A stretch of DNA of 64,000 nt from positions 88,102,001-88,166,000 of the forward strand of contig NC_042998.1 of the NCBI RefSeq assembly GCF_006345805.1, written 5' to 3'. Source of the DNA: Octopus sinensis. Taxonomy: Eukaryota. Shown piece by piece: positions 62,882 to 64,000 of the stretch. Under the pieces are notes generated by a model that worked only from the letters and a program-made list of their open reading frames with translations, was not told the DNA's origin and did no database searches. Numbering within the stretch: the first letter of the stretch is position 1; each line of letters opens with the position of its first letter. The position numbers and the translations under genes are program-made.

Positions 62882-64000
62882 TATGTAGGTATGCATCGAT
62901 TTCTCTTGTTTTAATGAATAAATTTAGAAAATGAACATCATTGAAGATAAGAAATAATAATAAACATAGTAGTGTAAGAACTATATTGTCTTTGTTCTTA
63001 ATTCCTTGTCCCTAAGCATTTCCTTTTCTATATCATTTAGGTGTATTTACTTTTAGAAAAATGAGTGAAGTGCTTTTATCAGAATATATTCTGTAAGTTT
63101 ATCAAACAACAGCTATAACAGTTCTAATTCTTTTGGGAGAACGCCTTGCTTATCGAAGAATTTGCAGACGATTCTGATTGTAGCAGAGTTATTTCCCTCA
63201 TATTAAATGTTATCTAATGATGTTTGTCGTTTAATCTATTTCCATGGCAAGGTTCCCATCGAGCAAAAGACTAAACCATACTGCAAAAGGTTCTTAAAAG
63301 AGTATTCACAAGGTACCGATGTTTTAGTTATATTTAAAACATTAATTATATTCCCCAAAATACGAAAGTTCCTATACAGATACGAAACTAAAAATAAATA
63401 AATAAAATATACATGTCCGGAAGTTGATCGGAATTATTTAACATACATAATAATAATGATCAGTGGCAATACAGTGTTTAAATATATGACTGTTTAAACG
63501 ATATTCTCTAGCTGATGCATCCACAACAGCTGTGTGTATTTCGATTGCCACCATATTCTGGTCAGTAATATTTGTACAGACGAAGGCATAATTCTCACAA
63601 AGGCAGACGACTCGATCACGTGAAACATGAATATTCATGACATTTTACATGATTTTTTCTTTCTTTTTATGAACGAAGTAAATGAGCGCATTATTAAATG
63701 AAAGGAGAGTAATATATTAAGAAATGGTTTTTCTCTTTCTATTTCGTTTTGTCTCAATGTCATTTTACTTTTAATGCGATAAATGAAAGAATAAACCTGA
63801 ATGCCAGTGTGTAAAACACAAACACACACTTACATACACTTACACATATCCATGCACACACACAAATGCTCTCACTCATTCTCTCTCTCTCTCTCACTCA
63901 CTCACACATACACACACACACACACAACTTTGATTGAAGCCTCGACTCCTGATGTCACGGAGACACCGTAGTAACACAAGGTATATCTTGAGCATTTTAA

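Overview
AT-rich, microsatellite- and retroposon-dense animal genomic DNA. It is most consistent with an Octopus-type cephalopod; this is an inference from the repeat families and composition, not a database result. The only host gene I can firmly support is the 3' part of a + strand mitochondrial dicarboxylate carrier (SLC25A10/DIC): six GT-AG exons between 16464 and 35815 that splice in frame to (R)MQNDIKLPHDKRRNYKHAIDG...PLDVMKTR...EQIRMNFGDDV*. Its upstream exons were not found in the window. The rest is repeat: RTE/RTEX LINE fragments, a DD37D maT and a deleted mariner transposon, two R4/Dong-type RLE retrotransposon fragments, CORE-type and Nin-type tRNA SINEs, several MITEs and long TA/TG/TATG microsatellites. 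Almost all ORFs in the supplied track are microsatellite or TE artefacts. The most unusual structures are: a near-perfect 444-bp palindrome; RLE elements whose junctions sit in (TACA)n; a 211-bp piece of local DNA copied into a (TA)n tract between short inverted repeats; a 32-bp palindromic-core array in the probable SLC25A10 3' UTR; head-to-tail SINE stacks at (TAA)n; and a sharp CpG boundary near 51.5 kb. No CRISPR array, rRNA or true tRNA gene is supported. All coordinates and counts were read by hand.
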